Part shown: positions 9,820 through 17,659 of the stretch, piece after piece
Position numbering within the stretch: position 1 is the first letter of the stretch
Layout: each line of letters begins with the position of its first letter
Virus record (IMG/VR): IMGVR_UViG_3300020402_000001
Location: 1-61,808 of that record
DNA from: a virus
Taxonomy: Duplodnaviria > Caudoviricetes
Direction: 5' to 3' (one strand)
DNA length: 61,808 nt
The notes under the pieces: model-generated
What the model was told of the DNA's origin: nothing
Database searches by the model: none
What the model saw: only the letters and a program-made list of their open reading frames with translations
Made by a program: the position numbers and the translations under genes

Positions 9820-10241
9820 CTACACCAATATTCTACAACCTTGCCCTCGCTTATGGCTTGCTCACAGAATTTTAAAAACTTGATATCTTGCTCTTTGTAC
9901 TCTTTCACACTCTCCTCTTGGAATTGTTGCCCCCAGAAGAAACCATCTTCAGCGTGATAATCAGAAAAGCCTTTCTGTATCTGTTCGCCTAGTTCTTCAA
10001 CGACTTCCTTAGTCAGATAACAAGGTGCTTCTTGATCTCCATTAAAACCTAGATGTGCAAGAAAACCCTCAGTCTTTATAGCAGGGTTTTGATCTGCCCA
10101 TTTCTTAGCCATAAACTCCTGTAGTCTTGCGTGCTTTCTCCAAACGAAAATGTTATTTTTATCTCCGTAATCATCTTCGTTGTAGTATTTTTCCCAATCG
10201 ACTTTAGTGCCTCTTAGGTGTGCGTGTTGGTCTAAACCCAT
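9813..10241 (-). CDS. Conserved-type phage protein (MGLDQ..WRKH..GFFWG), putative early gene
   Basis: Start reassigned to ATG 10241 after AAGGAG; acidic 142-aa protein. Confidence 0.8.
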   Translation of the reverse strand: MGLDQHAHLRGTKVDWEKYYNEDDYGDKNNIFVWRKHARLQEFMAKKWADQNPAIKTEGFLAHLGFNGDQEAPCYLTKEVVEELGEQIQKGFSDYHAEDGFFWGQQFQEESVKEYKEQDIKFLKFCEQAISEGKVVEYWCSW

Positions 10242-10270
10242 ATCTTCTCCTTTGTTAGTTAATGGTTTGC

Positions 10271-10319
10271 GTGGTTGAGTTGCGATATCTTCGTTTGCCG
10301 ATGTACATATCTCAACCAC
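10271..10319 (-). promoter_or_regulatory. 5'-UTR stem-loop of the 10241 gene
   Basis: Perfect 9-bp stem GTGGTTGAG/CTCAACCAC with a 31-nt loop, starting at the predicted TSS of P2. Confidence 0.55.
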
Positions 10320-10325
10320 AATCTG

Positions 10326-10354
10326 CTCTTATCAAATCCCATCTATCAATGCAA
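10326..10354 (-). promoter_or_regulatory. Sigma70-like promoter P2 with ATGGGA box
   Basis: TTGCAT-N17-TAAGAG with an extended TG. Confidence 0.6.
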
Positions 10355-10481
10355 CAATTATCTTTTAGAACCATTCTAAACTAGCGACCTTACCATTCTT
10401 CTTGCCACCAGAAGTTCCTGCGCCCAGCCCCCTGAACTTTGTCAGCTGCACCAGCCAGGTCTGGTTCAAACGACAACGAGG

Positions 10482-10589
10482 TTAGAACAAATTCCCTACG
10501 ACAGCGAGAATGGTGATTGCACTCAAGAAGAGCACAGTACTTGGAAACATTAGAAGTAAGATGAGGTACGCAGTGATCATGATCCACAT
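10482..10589 (-). CDS. Small hydrophobic membrane peptide (35 aa)
   Basis: MWIMITAYLILLLMFPSTVLFLSAITILAVVGNLF, the 3' part of track ORF 10482..10724. Confidence 0.5.
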   Translation of the reverse strand: MWIMITAYLILLLMFPSTVLFLSAITILAVVGNLF

Positions 10590-10662
10590 ACCGTGCTGCC
10601 AGTCCTGCTTCCCAGCAGCAGGTACTGCCGGGGCCGGTTCAATTGTAAACGAGACGAGGCCT

Positions 10663-10863
10663 TCATTTCTCCTCCTTAACGAGCGACTCCGCCCACGTGT
10701 TACCGTTTGCGATGCAGCGGTCACCTGGTCCTCCAGTTAATGCATATACCTTTCCAGCTTCAGGTTTATCTTCTTTCACGGCATCTGCAGCGTGCCAACC
10801 ATCCGGTGGCATGTTCTCCTTGTTCATTTGCTTTACTAATTTATGTAACGTTGTACGGGCCAT
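10663..10863 (-). CDS. Hypothetical protein (putative first early gene)
   Basis: 66 aa, strong RBS AAGGAGGT, promoter P3 upstream. Confidence 0.75.
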   Translation of the reverse strand: MARTTLHKLVKQMNKENMPPDGWHAADAVKEDKPEAGKVYALTGGPGDRCIANGNTWAESLVKEEK

Positions 10864-10896
10864 ACGGCACCTCCTTCTTTGTTAGTTGATCAGGCT

Positions 10897-10925
10897 TAGA
10901 TAAGATAAGATGGGACAAATGTCAA
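10897..10925 (-). promoter_or_regulatory. Sigma70-like promoter P3 with inverted ATGGGA box
   Basis: TTGACA-N17-TATCTA; the spacer contains TCCCATCT. Confidence 0.65.
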
Positions 10926-11055
10926 GAGCTTTTCTTCAGAACCAGCAGTTCCTGGAGATCCAGTCCTGAAGCTCACGCTGCTGGGGGGGTCAGACCTTTG
11001 TCAAACGAGAACGAGATTTTGCTTGACATCAGAACGAGATCCAGCTGCAGGTGCA

Positions 11056-11117
11056 TGCCATCACCGGCCCCCCGCTAACTAACAAAGAGGGAAAGAAACG
11101 AGGGGCGGGAAATGGCA
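11056..11117 (-). ncRNA. Candidate antisense hairpin RNA (anti-RBS loop)
   Basis: Stems UGCCAU/AUGGCA and CCCGC/GCGGG close a loop containing CCUCUUUGUUAGUUA, complementary to four gene leaders. Confidence 0.5.
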
Positions 11118-11221
11118 CGAGCTTCCGTACGCTGCAGCACGGGTCACCAGCTGCAGCTCCGGCAGGGACCAGTCGGTGTCCTTTGAACGAGAACGAGCGA
11201 GGTTTCTCAACGAGAACGAGA

Positions 11222-11611
11222 TCACGCTGCCTCCTGAAGGAGATCCAGCAGGTTACGCTGGACCAGTGGCCATTGTAACGGGAACGAGAACGAGGCAACG
11301 GGCTTCAACGAGCGAGGATCAGTGAAACCGAACACCGGTCTGTACAGTTTAAGAGACCTCTGCAAAGGGGTCTCTTTCAAGATAAATACTTTACCACCTG
11401 CTTTTACATACTTGTTGATCCAAACTATTTGCCATTTATTAAGCTTAGGATAACTGAGTTCATCTGATTTTAATTCTAACCAATAAATACCCTTTTGGTG
11501 CACAGCATGAACATCAGGTATACCGTTAATTGTGCTAGATTCTATGCGAGTTAGAAACGATTCAGTCAGTCCTTTTTTTACCTTTTTCCAGAGATTACTT
11601 TCGCTTGGCAT
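11222..11611 (-). CDS. VRR-NUC / Holliday junction resolvase-like PD-(D/E)XK nuclease
   Basis: ES..W, RIES, GIPDV, WLELK and Q..W motifs. Confidence 0.8.
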   Translation of the reverse strand: MPSESNLWKKVKKGLTESFLTRIESSTINGIPDVHAVHQKGIYWLELKSDELSYPKLNKWQIVWINKYVKAGGKVFILKETPLQRSLKLYRPVFGFTDPRSLKPVASFSFPLQWPLVQRNLLDLLQEAA

Positions 11612-11908
11612 TTAGATCAGTTTTTTTATATTTTTAATTACACTGTTAGGTATAATAGTGCTATTTCCTATTTCTTCAATCTCACCTTTTTCAGATTCAG
11701 AATAGTCTCCAAACACTCTAGTTATACCTTTTGATTGAGTCAGGAGATGGCCTTTCGTAACACACACAGGCAGTTTAGCTTTTAATAAATTATCCATGCT
11801 TTGCCACGAGCTGTCAGAACAAATATCAAACCATTCAATCTCAACCAAAGGATATCTGTCCTTCCAGTTCTTAGACCTTTTATTTATTGAAATTTTTTTT
11901 CTTGTCAT
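11612..11908 (-). CDS. Conserved-type phage hypothetical protein
   Basis: LVEIEWFDI..GHLL..IIPNSVI pattern, in an operon with terS. Confidence 0.75.
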   Translation of the reverse strand: MTRKKISINKRSKNWKDRYPLVEIEWFDICSDSSWQSMDNLLKAKLPVCVTKGHLLTQSKGITRVFGDYSESEKGEIEEIGNSTIIPNSVIKNIKKLI

Positions 11909-11991
11909 TCACCTCTACCTTTACATTACCCACTGAAGTGAACATCGTAGAATTGTGCACGCTGTTAAAAACTTTGATCCACTCAGACCAA

Positions 11992-12516
11992 CTAGCCGTT
12001 TTCAACTTCTTCAACGTGCTTGGACTCAACCTCGATGGTTTTGGCATTATAGCCATCGATCTTTTCCGATAACTCGGATAATTTGTTTTCGAGTTCCTCA
12101 CGTGACATTCCCTCCAGACCTGTTACTTTAACTTCTTTTCTATCAACAAAAGCCCCTGCTAATTGTCCTGATCTATATTCAGCATTGATGGCAGCAGCAT
12201 ATTGATCTTTCTTTTCAGCTTTGTCAGCTAATCTTTCAAATCTTTTATATCTTCTAAGATTATCACTTTCATACTTTTTGATTTCTTTATCAAATCTTTG
12301 ATCAAAGTATTTAGCAACATGTGGATTATGTTTTCTTGATAAAAGCCTGGAGGCAATCACACCATAATCATTTTCATTTTTACAAACATAACCTGCACGT
12401 TTTAAAGCTTCAGCCTGAGTTATCGATCCATGATCTTGTACCATTATCTCCACAAACATTTTTTGTTTTGGAGTAAGATCATCAATAGTTCTTAATTCTT
12501 TTTTCTTTAAACCCAT
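11992..12516 (-). CDS. terS: Terminase small subunit
   Basis: LTPKQKMFV..AEALKRAGY..ASRLL N-terminal HTH typical of TerS. Confidence 0.8.
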   Translation of the reverse strand: MGLKKKELRTIDDLTPKQKMFVEIMVQDHGSITQAEALKRAGYVCKNENDYGVIASRLLSRKHNPHVAKYFDQRFDKEIKKYESDNLRRYKRFERLADKAEKKDQYAAAINAEYRSGQLAGAFVDRKEVKVTGLEGMSREELENKLSELSEKIDGYNAKTIEVESKHVEEVENG

Positions 12517-13067
12517 TAGACGTATTTAGAAATTATCTTTTTTAATTTTTTAGATTGACCTGCATGTGCCTTAGATGCTTTATCTAATTTACCTGCAACG
12601 TTTTTCAAAGTTTCGACATCACCACCTTTTTCATAACCGAATTTTCTCAATCTAATTTTTTTATAATTTCTATCTGCTGAGATAGCCATCTCTTTCAACA
12701 TTTGTTTTCTTTGTTGTCTAGTGAGTGGCTGCACTTGTAAAGTTTTACCCGCTTTATCTGATGCATACGCTTTACCAACAATTACAGGTTTTCTAAATTT
12801 TGCTTTTTCAGCTTTACCTTTTGCAATACTTAACTTAATTCTGTTTTTTAATCCTGGTTGTGCTTTAAACTCAGCTTGGCCTGTTACTTTCAATCCACGT
12901 AATTGTTTTTTTAGAAAAGACTTTTTTAGATCGTAAGGCTCAACACCAGCTCTATTTGGATCTCTTTTGGCAGCTCTTATCTGTGCTTTTTGTTTTCTGT
13001 AAATTTTACGAAAAGCCTCTTTTGCTGTTTTAAAGGCTAAGCCAGACATTTGTAATTTTTTCATCAT
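12516..13067 (-). CDS. Lys-rich basic protein with YEKGG motif
   Basis: 183 aa, C-terminal KASKAHAGQSKKL module. Confidence 0.75.
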   Translation of the reverse strand: MMKKLQMSGLAFKTAKEAFRKIYRKQKAQIRAAKRDPNRAGVEPYDLKKSFLKKQLRGLKVTGQAEFKAQPGLKNRIKLSIAKGKAEKAKFRKPVIVGKAYASDKAGKTLQVQPLTRQQRKQMLKEMAISADRNYKKIRLRKFGYEKGGDVETLKNVAGKLDKASKAHAGQSKKLKKIISKYV

Positions 13068-13077
13068 AATTTTTTAT

Positions 13078-13300
13078 TATATAGATTATTTCATCACAAA
13101 GTAACTACCTGAAATTGTTTTGATTGCGTTCCCGCAAGATTGGTGTCTCTCGGGGACACCACAGGGACACCACAGGGACACCATCAAAATGGACTATTAT
13201 CGTTGATATATATGACTAATAGAGCATCAGGGACACCAGGGACACCTATTTTACCCCCAGGGGTACTTTTTATTAGTAAGGGGTCTAGATAATCTATATA
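13078..13300. repeat. Iteron-like GGGACACC array flanked by a 12-bp inverted repeat; candidate replication origin
   Basis: GGGACACC at 13153, 13164, 13175, 13230 and 13239; TATATAGATTAT (13078) and ATAATCTATATA (13289). Confidence 0.75.
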
Positions 13301-13335
13301 GAAGAAAATTTACCTTTGTCCGTTGGCCGGTATTC

Positions 13336-13344
13336 TGTTATACT
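13336..13344 (+). promoter_or_regulatory. Extended -10 promoter
   Basis: TGtTATACT upstream of two hairpins and the 13452 gene. Confidence 0.5.
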
Positions 13345-13350
13345 TAACCT

Positions 13351-13432
13351 GTGTTTACTAATTTCAAACACTTAATTGATATTCCTCTGGGGGTTTTAAT
13401 CATTTTATGCTCTCTTGACTTTCCCCCAGGGG
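13351..13432 (+). ncRNA. Candidate two-hairpin small RNA or leader with anti-RBS loop
   Basis: GTGTTT/AAACAC and CCTCTGGGGG/CCCCCAGGGG stems. The second loop is the reverse complement of AAGAGAGCATAAAATGATTAAAA. Confidence 0.4.
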
Positions 13433-13451
13433 TTATACATCTAAGACCACC

Positions 13452-14051
13452 ATGACGAATTTTCTAGATTCACAATATCAAATCATCAAACAAGCCATTT
13501 CACCGGACACAGCAAAAATCTCTTATCAATACCTAATCAATAAAAAAGAATTATATTTTAAAACAAAAAAATCTTGGCCTAAAATAATCAAAGACAACAT
13601 AGACTTTGAAATGTTTGGTTATTTAGGAGACTTCCAAGCACCGACCACCTGGTGCACTTATGGAGATTTACTAATGGAAACCATACTCATCAATTTACGA
13701 AAAAAAATGGAAGAGATAACTCACCTCGAATTAGATGAACAATATGCATATGCAAGACTATACAAAACGGGAGATGAATTAAAAAAACACAAAGATAGAT
13801 TTGAATGTGAAATTTCAACAACTTTAAATTTAGGAGGAGACTTATGGCCAATTTATCTAGAACCAGATATCAAAGTAGAGCTTACGCCTGGAGATATGCT
13901 AGTCTACAAAGGAGCAGAAATAGCTCATTGGAGACACGTTTTTACAGGAAAAGAGTGCGCACAAGTATTCTTACATTACACTAGAAAAGGTACAGGTAAA
14001 AAATACGACTCAAGACAGTTTTTATGTTTACCGAAAATATTCGTTAAATAG
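13452..14051 (+). CDS. 2OG-Fe(II) oxygenase
   Basis: YARLY..LKKHKDR..EIS..HWR..QVFLHY, giving an HxD..H triad. Confidence 0.85.
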   Translation: MTNFLDSQYQIIKQAISPDTAKISYQYLINKKELYFKTKKSWPKIIKDNIDFEMFGYLGDFQAPTTWCTYGDLLMETILINLRKKMEEITHLELDEQYAYARLYKTGDELKKHKDRFECEISTTLNLGGDLWPIYLEPDIKVELTPGDMLVYKGAEIAHWRHVFTGKECAQVFLHYTRKGTGKKYDSRQFLCLPKIFVK

Positions 14052-14706
14052 ATTTCATAGTAGGTACAGGATATTGTATCGGGCCACCTTCTAATTTAAT
14101 TTCTCTTATAAAAGATATTAACGTAAGTCTTTCATGATCTGTCAACATAGGATTCGATGCATGATAAGCATTACCATCAAAAATTATTAATCTATTATAA
14201 ATACCTTCAACACTAAAAGTTTTTTCAAAGGCATTATTATTTAATTCTTTCGCTTCTTTAATTTTTTCTAATGTATCTGGTGGTAAGCCATGCTCCTCAT
14301 TACTAAAATACTTATGTTTAAAATATCCTGATTTTTCAATTATTTGGCTGTTAAAATCCTTTGGTTTAAATATAGAAGTGCCTGCAGTATTATTTTTATT
14401 TAAATAAAGTATTGCAGTAAATCTAACACCATCATTATGGACCCAATTATCATGTTCTAATTTATGAGTTCTTTGAAAAAATGTATCTGCACTAAATCTT
14501 AAATCTCTCATTTGATGCGGATAAAAAATCGTACAAATTTTTAAATTTATCCAATTAAAAAAATCAAAATCTAATTCATGCAGCTTACTTGTCCTGGAGC
14601 CCGGACTCACTGTTGTTTTAACATAATCAAATTTTTTTGATAACTCTACTACACTGTCAGGATCATCTAGAAAATTATCTACGCAGGTAAAGCTGGGAAA
14701 AAGCAT
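14044..14706 (-). CDS. 2OG-Fe(II) oxygenase-like protein
   Basis: VDNF, WVHND, YLN..GTS, YNRLIIFDG..YH, R motifs. Confidence 0.8.
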   Translation of the reverse strand: MLFPSFTCVDNFLDDPDSVVELSKKFDYVKTTVSPGSRTSKLHELDFDFFNWINLKICTIFYPHQMRDLRFSADTFFQRTHKLEHDNWVHNDGVRFTAILYLNKNNTAGTSIFKPKDFNSQIIEKSGYFKHKYFSNEEHGLPPDTLEKIKEAKELNNNAFEKTFSVEGIYNRLIIFDGNAYHASNPMLTDHERLTLISFIREIKLEGGPIQYPVPTMKSI

Positions 14707-14714
14707 AAAATAAT

Positions 14715-15128
14715 TTACTTCTTTTTTTGTAAATTTACAATTTTTTTCATTATTATTCTTCGTTCACCTGAGTCACCTGCAGCTCTATATTCTTTGTATA
14801 AAGTTCGATATTTAACCCAAGACTGTTGCAGCTCAGTAAATATAATTTTATTTTCTTTTAATAGATTTATATATTTTTCATGAATTATTTCAGGATCGAA
14901 ACCTGCGTACCAACAAACACTTTCAAAAGATTTATTTTTTTCTAAAAACCAATCATGAGCATCTTTTTTTAAATATGACTCTTGCTTGCTGCCATGTGTT
15001 GTCAAAGCATCTTCAAAGGCCTGCAGCACTATAGCTTGAAACAATCTTTGTTCAGGACATTTATCGGAGATTACTTCTGCAGCCATATCAGTGCCCAAAA
15101 TTTTTAACAAGTTTGGTGAATAACTCAC
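14715..15128 (-). CDS. Conserved-type phage protein, possible transcription regulator
   Basis: EQRLFQAIVLQAFEDA..A..WF..F..VC..AG.DP pattern. Confidence 0.7.
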   Translation of the reverse strand: MSYSPNLLKILGTDMAAEVISDKCPEQRLFQAIVLQAFEDALTTHGSKQESYLKKDAHDWFLEKNKSFESVCWYAGFDPEIIHEKYINLLKENKIIFTELQQSWVKYRTLYKEYRAAGDSGERRIIMKKIVNLQKKK

Positions 15129-15288
15129 GAAACCTCCTTTGTAAAATTCTTGGAGATCCCGCTGTTACAGCAAATTCGTAATCTTCATAAGCCTCGCTTA
15201 TAAACTCAGACCTTTCTTTACCGTCTAAGTTTTTACAAAATGAAATTGATGCAGCAATGTATTGTTTATCAAATAAATCCATCAGCAT
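15088..15288 (-). CDS. Hypothetical protein
   Basis: ORF within the operon, ATG at 15288. Confidence 0.6.
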   Translation of the reverse strand: MLMDLFDKQYIAASISFCKNLDGKERSEFISEAYEDYEFAVTAGSPRILQRRFRELFTKLVKNFGH

Positions 15289-15290
15289 AA

Positions 15291-15332
15291 CCACGGTGTG
15301 GGAAAAGATATGGATGTGGAATTACACCGTGG
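15291..15332 (-). ncRNA. Intergenic hairpin with anti-RBS loop
   Basis: 9-bp perfect stem CCACGGTGT/ACACCGTGG; loop contains AUCCAUAUCUUUUCCC. Confidence 0.45.
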
Positions 15333-15584
15333 CTATACATTTTTGACGACCAGTTTTAAACCTTTAGCTTGTGCAGCTTTCTTTCTACCTGAACGCCAAC
15401 ATTCCTCAATTTTATCAAGAAATGCTAAACTGAAATTTCCTAAACCAAAGTCATTCCCACAATACAACTGAAACATGAGACTTGTCATCTCGTCATATGT
15501 CTTTTTATTTGGACATATCATCACAAGCTTTTTAAGAGCTTGATCCAATGCTTCTGGACTGCTTTTTTTCGCAGCTTTACCCAC
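15333..15584 (-). CDS. Hypothetical protein
   Basis: 83 aa, GTG start with AAGGAG RBS. Confidence 0.75.
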   Translation of the reverse strand: MGKAAKKSSPEALDQALKKLVMICPNKKTYDEMTSLMFQLYCGNDFGLGNFSLAFLDKIEECWRSGRKKAAQAKGLKLVVKNV

Positions 15585-15732
15585 TAAAATCTCCTTAAAT
15601 TAAAAGTTAAATTAGCGATTCGTTGTTATTTGGAAATAAGGTGTTTTGTTAGCCTCACCTTTTCATTCTTGGCCTGGAATACGTATTAAGATTAATATAT
15701 ATTTTCTGATGGATATCAAGTATTAATATTAG

Positions 15733-16272
15733 ATGCATTCTTACTCTATCGTCAAAGATATACTACCACCTGATGCAGTCAGTTATCTCATTGACATTGT
15801 CAAAGGTCTAAATTTTAGAATTGCTAATGATAGTGATGAATATTTTGATAACTTATTTAAAAAAGATTTACCTTTTCAAGGTATGAGCAGAATTACAAAT
15901 GAACCTCCAATAGGTGAAAGAGAAGTTAGATTGAATGATTTTGGTTTTATTATTGCACAAATAGCATGCAAACAAGCAGAACTAAAAATACTTAGAATAC
16001 ATAGATTTATGTGGAATTTTTACAAAAGAGGTGAGCTTGGTAACTTTCATATTGACGAAACAAAAGATAATTTTCACACAATTTTATATTCACTTAATAC
16101 AAATGATGGTTACCTTGAGTTAGAAAATGAAAAAATATTTGATGTGGCGGATGAAGCAAAAATATTTCCGAGTAAAATACTACACAGGGGTGTAGGGCCA
16201 ACAAAAAGTAAATTTAGATTGAATTTAAATATAGTGGTTGAAACAGCCCCAGTCTCCCGGGGCTGCACCTAG
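15733..16272 (+). CDS. 2OG-Fe(II) oxygenase (inverted insertion)
   Basis: FHID..ILYSLN..HRG..R.NLN. Confidence 0.8.
   Translation: MHSYSIVKDILPPDAVSYLIDIVKGLNFRIANDSDEYFDNLFKKDLPFQGMSRITNEPPIGEREVRLNDFGFIIAQIACKQAELKILRIHRFMWNFYKRGELGNFHIDETKDNFHTILYSLNTNDGYLELENEKIFDVADEAKIFPSKILHRGVGPTKSKFRLNLNIVVETAPVSRGCT
16244..16265. terminator. Hairpin at convergent gene ends
   Basis: CAGCCCC/GGGGCTG stem, followed by TTT on the - strand. Confidence 0.5.
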
Positions 16273-16275
16273 GGT

Positions 16276-16491
16276 TTATTTGCCGTTCAAGAGTTTCTTT
16301 CCTTGTGAAAGCAAATTCTCTTTCATCTTCTCGTAAGGCTTGTTTTCTTTTTTTGCTATTTTCCTTACTTCTTCATCAACTAATTTTGCGATCATGCTAC
16401 CAGGTCTTCTGAAGCCTGCCTTTCCCATCGCTCTAATCAGAGTGTATGATTCGATATCAACTGCACAAGATTTCCATTTAGTGATGTCCAT
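16276..16491 (-). CDS. Ribbon-helix-helix-like DNA-binding protein
   Basis: KWKSCAVDIESY strand followed by two helices. Confidence 0.55.
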   Translation of the reverse strand: MDITKWKSCAVDIESYTLIRAMGKAGFRRPGSMIAKLVDEEVRKIAKKENKPYEKMKENLLSQGKKLLNGK

Positions 16492-16500
16492 GTTTTTCTC

Positions 16501-17283
16501 CTAATGCTCTTGATATTCTTTAGACTCAAAGAAATCAAGAAGTTTTATTTTCTTTTTACTACGACCACTATTGAAAATCCTTTCAATAATAGTGATATAG
16601 TCTTTCGTGCTAGTTCCCGATAAGAACCAAGAGGATTTAGTTGCACAGGCATTCCTAAATCTTTTGTAATCAAAATCAGGGTGTTTGTCCGCCACGATGT
16701 ATGCATAAACCATAGATCTTTTTAGTCTACGTTTTGTATCGTCCATACCTAAAAAGTATTTTCGTAGCTGCATAAGTTGTGCACCAACACGATCACAGTT
16801 TTCAATACCTCCTGCAGGAATTTGAAAATCTCCAGTCTTAAATTCTGTTCGAATTCTATTCCACAGTGAGCATTGTTTTAATAAAAGAACCATGGCCTCA
16901 GAAACATTCATACCATACTGGCTCATTTTGTTTCTGCAAATTTGATAATCTCTTTTCTGCCTCGCGCAGTGATGATTCAAATAAGCTTCCATGGACCAAT
17001 TCTTTCTACCTGTGTTGAGTCTTGCAACATCAAGTGGATCATCAGAATTGATTATGATGTATGGTATCTTCAGGTCTAGTTCTTTTCTAGCCTGCAAAGT
17101 GTGTTGACCATCAATCACTTCCATATTTTTATTTACACGTATCGGATCAAAAAGATCTTTCTCAGCAATTAACTTTTTTAATTGTCTTACGTGTGCTTCG
17201 TCTACAGGTCTATTACCTCTAGCCTTTTTAAACTTTGAGTAATCAGTTGTCTCAAAGTATTTATTTTTAATCGCATTATTCAT
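16501..17283 (-). CDS. ParB/Srx N-terminal domain protein
   Basis: GNRPV..H, PI.V, VIDGQHTLQA motifs. Confidence 0.8.
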   Translation of the reverse strand: MNNAIKNKYFETTDYSKFKKARGNRPVDEAHVRQLKKLIAEKDLFDPIRVNKNMEVIDGQHTLQARKELDLKIPYIIINSDDPLDVARLNTGRKNWSMEAYLNHHCARQKRDYQICRNKMSQYGMNVSEAMVLLLKQCSLWNRIRTEFKTGDFQIPAGGIENCDRVGAQLMQLRKYFLGMDDTKRRLKRSMVYAYIVADKHPDFDYKRFRNACATKSSWFLSGTSTKDYITIIERIFNSGRSKKKIKLLDFFESKEYQEH

Positions 17284-17298
17284 ATGTATCTTTTCCTC

Positions 17299-17406
17299 CT
17301 AATAAAATATTGCGTACATAAGTGCTCCAAAAATCATCAACAAAATTTTTGGTGGCACGATTAATAAAAAAAGCAAAAAAACAAAACTAAATATCTGGTT
17401 TGTCAT
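17299..17406 (-). CDS. Small hydrophobic membrane peptide (35 aa), missed by the track
   Basis: MTNQIFSFVFLLFLLIVPPKILLMIFGALMYAIFY with AAGGAGG RBS. Confidence 0.65.
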   Translation of the reverse strand: MTNQIFSFVFLLFLLIVPPKILLMIFGALMYAIFY

Positions 17407-17659
17407 TTGCCTCCTTAAGTTGATCCTCAATCAGTTTACGTGCAAGCTGCTCATTAATTGGATAGACAGGTATGTCTTCAAAATGTGCTGCACACTGTTG
17501 AAGTTTTTTCATCGCCTGTTGAAACTCATCATCTGAATATTCAAGTGGCGTGTGGCCGTTGGCCGTTACTAATGGTACATGACTAAGTATGTTATCAATC
17601 CTTGTAATCCAAGAATTGAAAACCATGGAGTCTGATTTAGTTTTTAGATTTTGACTCAT
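17387..17659 (-). CDS. Hypothetical protein
   Basis: Start MSQNLK with GGAGG RBS. Confidence 0.7.
   Translation of the reverse strand: MSQNLKTKSDSMVFNSWITRIDNILSHVPLVTANGHTPLEYSDDEFQQAMKKLQQCAAHFEDIPVYPINEQLARKLIEDQLKEANDKPDI

Larger units (their letters stand above)
9763..11312 (+). repeat. Cluster of co-oriented AACGAG hexamers in a GC-rich tract
   Basis: 15 copies counted, often as tandem AACGAGAACGAG. Confidence 0.85.

Noticed and set aside
10271-10319. c-di-GMP riboswitch in the P2 leader (GGCAAAC)
   Set aside because: Lacks the two-stem GNRA/receptor architecture; kept only as a plain hairpin.
11029-11298. ORFs 11029..11298 (-) and 11051..11278 (+)
   Set aside because: Probably open by chance in the GC-rich repeat tract; translations are repeat-derived (RSRS, NENER).
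11880-12101. 73-aa ORF overlapping the terS 3' end
   Set aside because: Mostly overlaps terS out of frame. A short gene may fill 11880-11990, but I cannot support a start.
13153-13246. GGGACACC and AACGAG arrays as CRISPR
   Set aside because: Repeats are 6-11 bp without regular unique spacers, and no cas genes are present.
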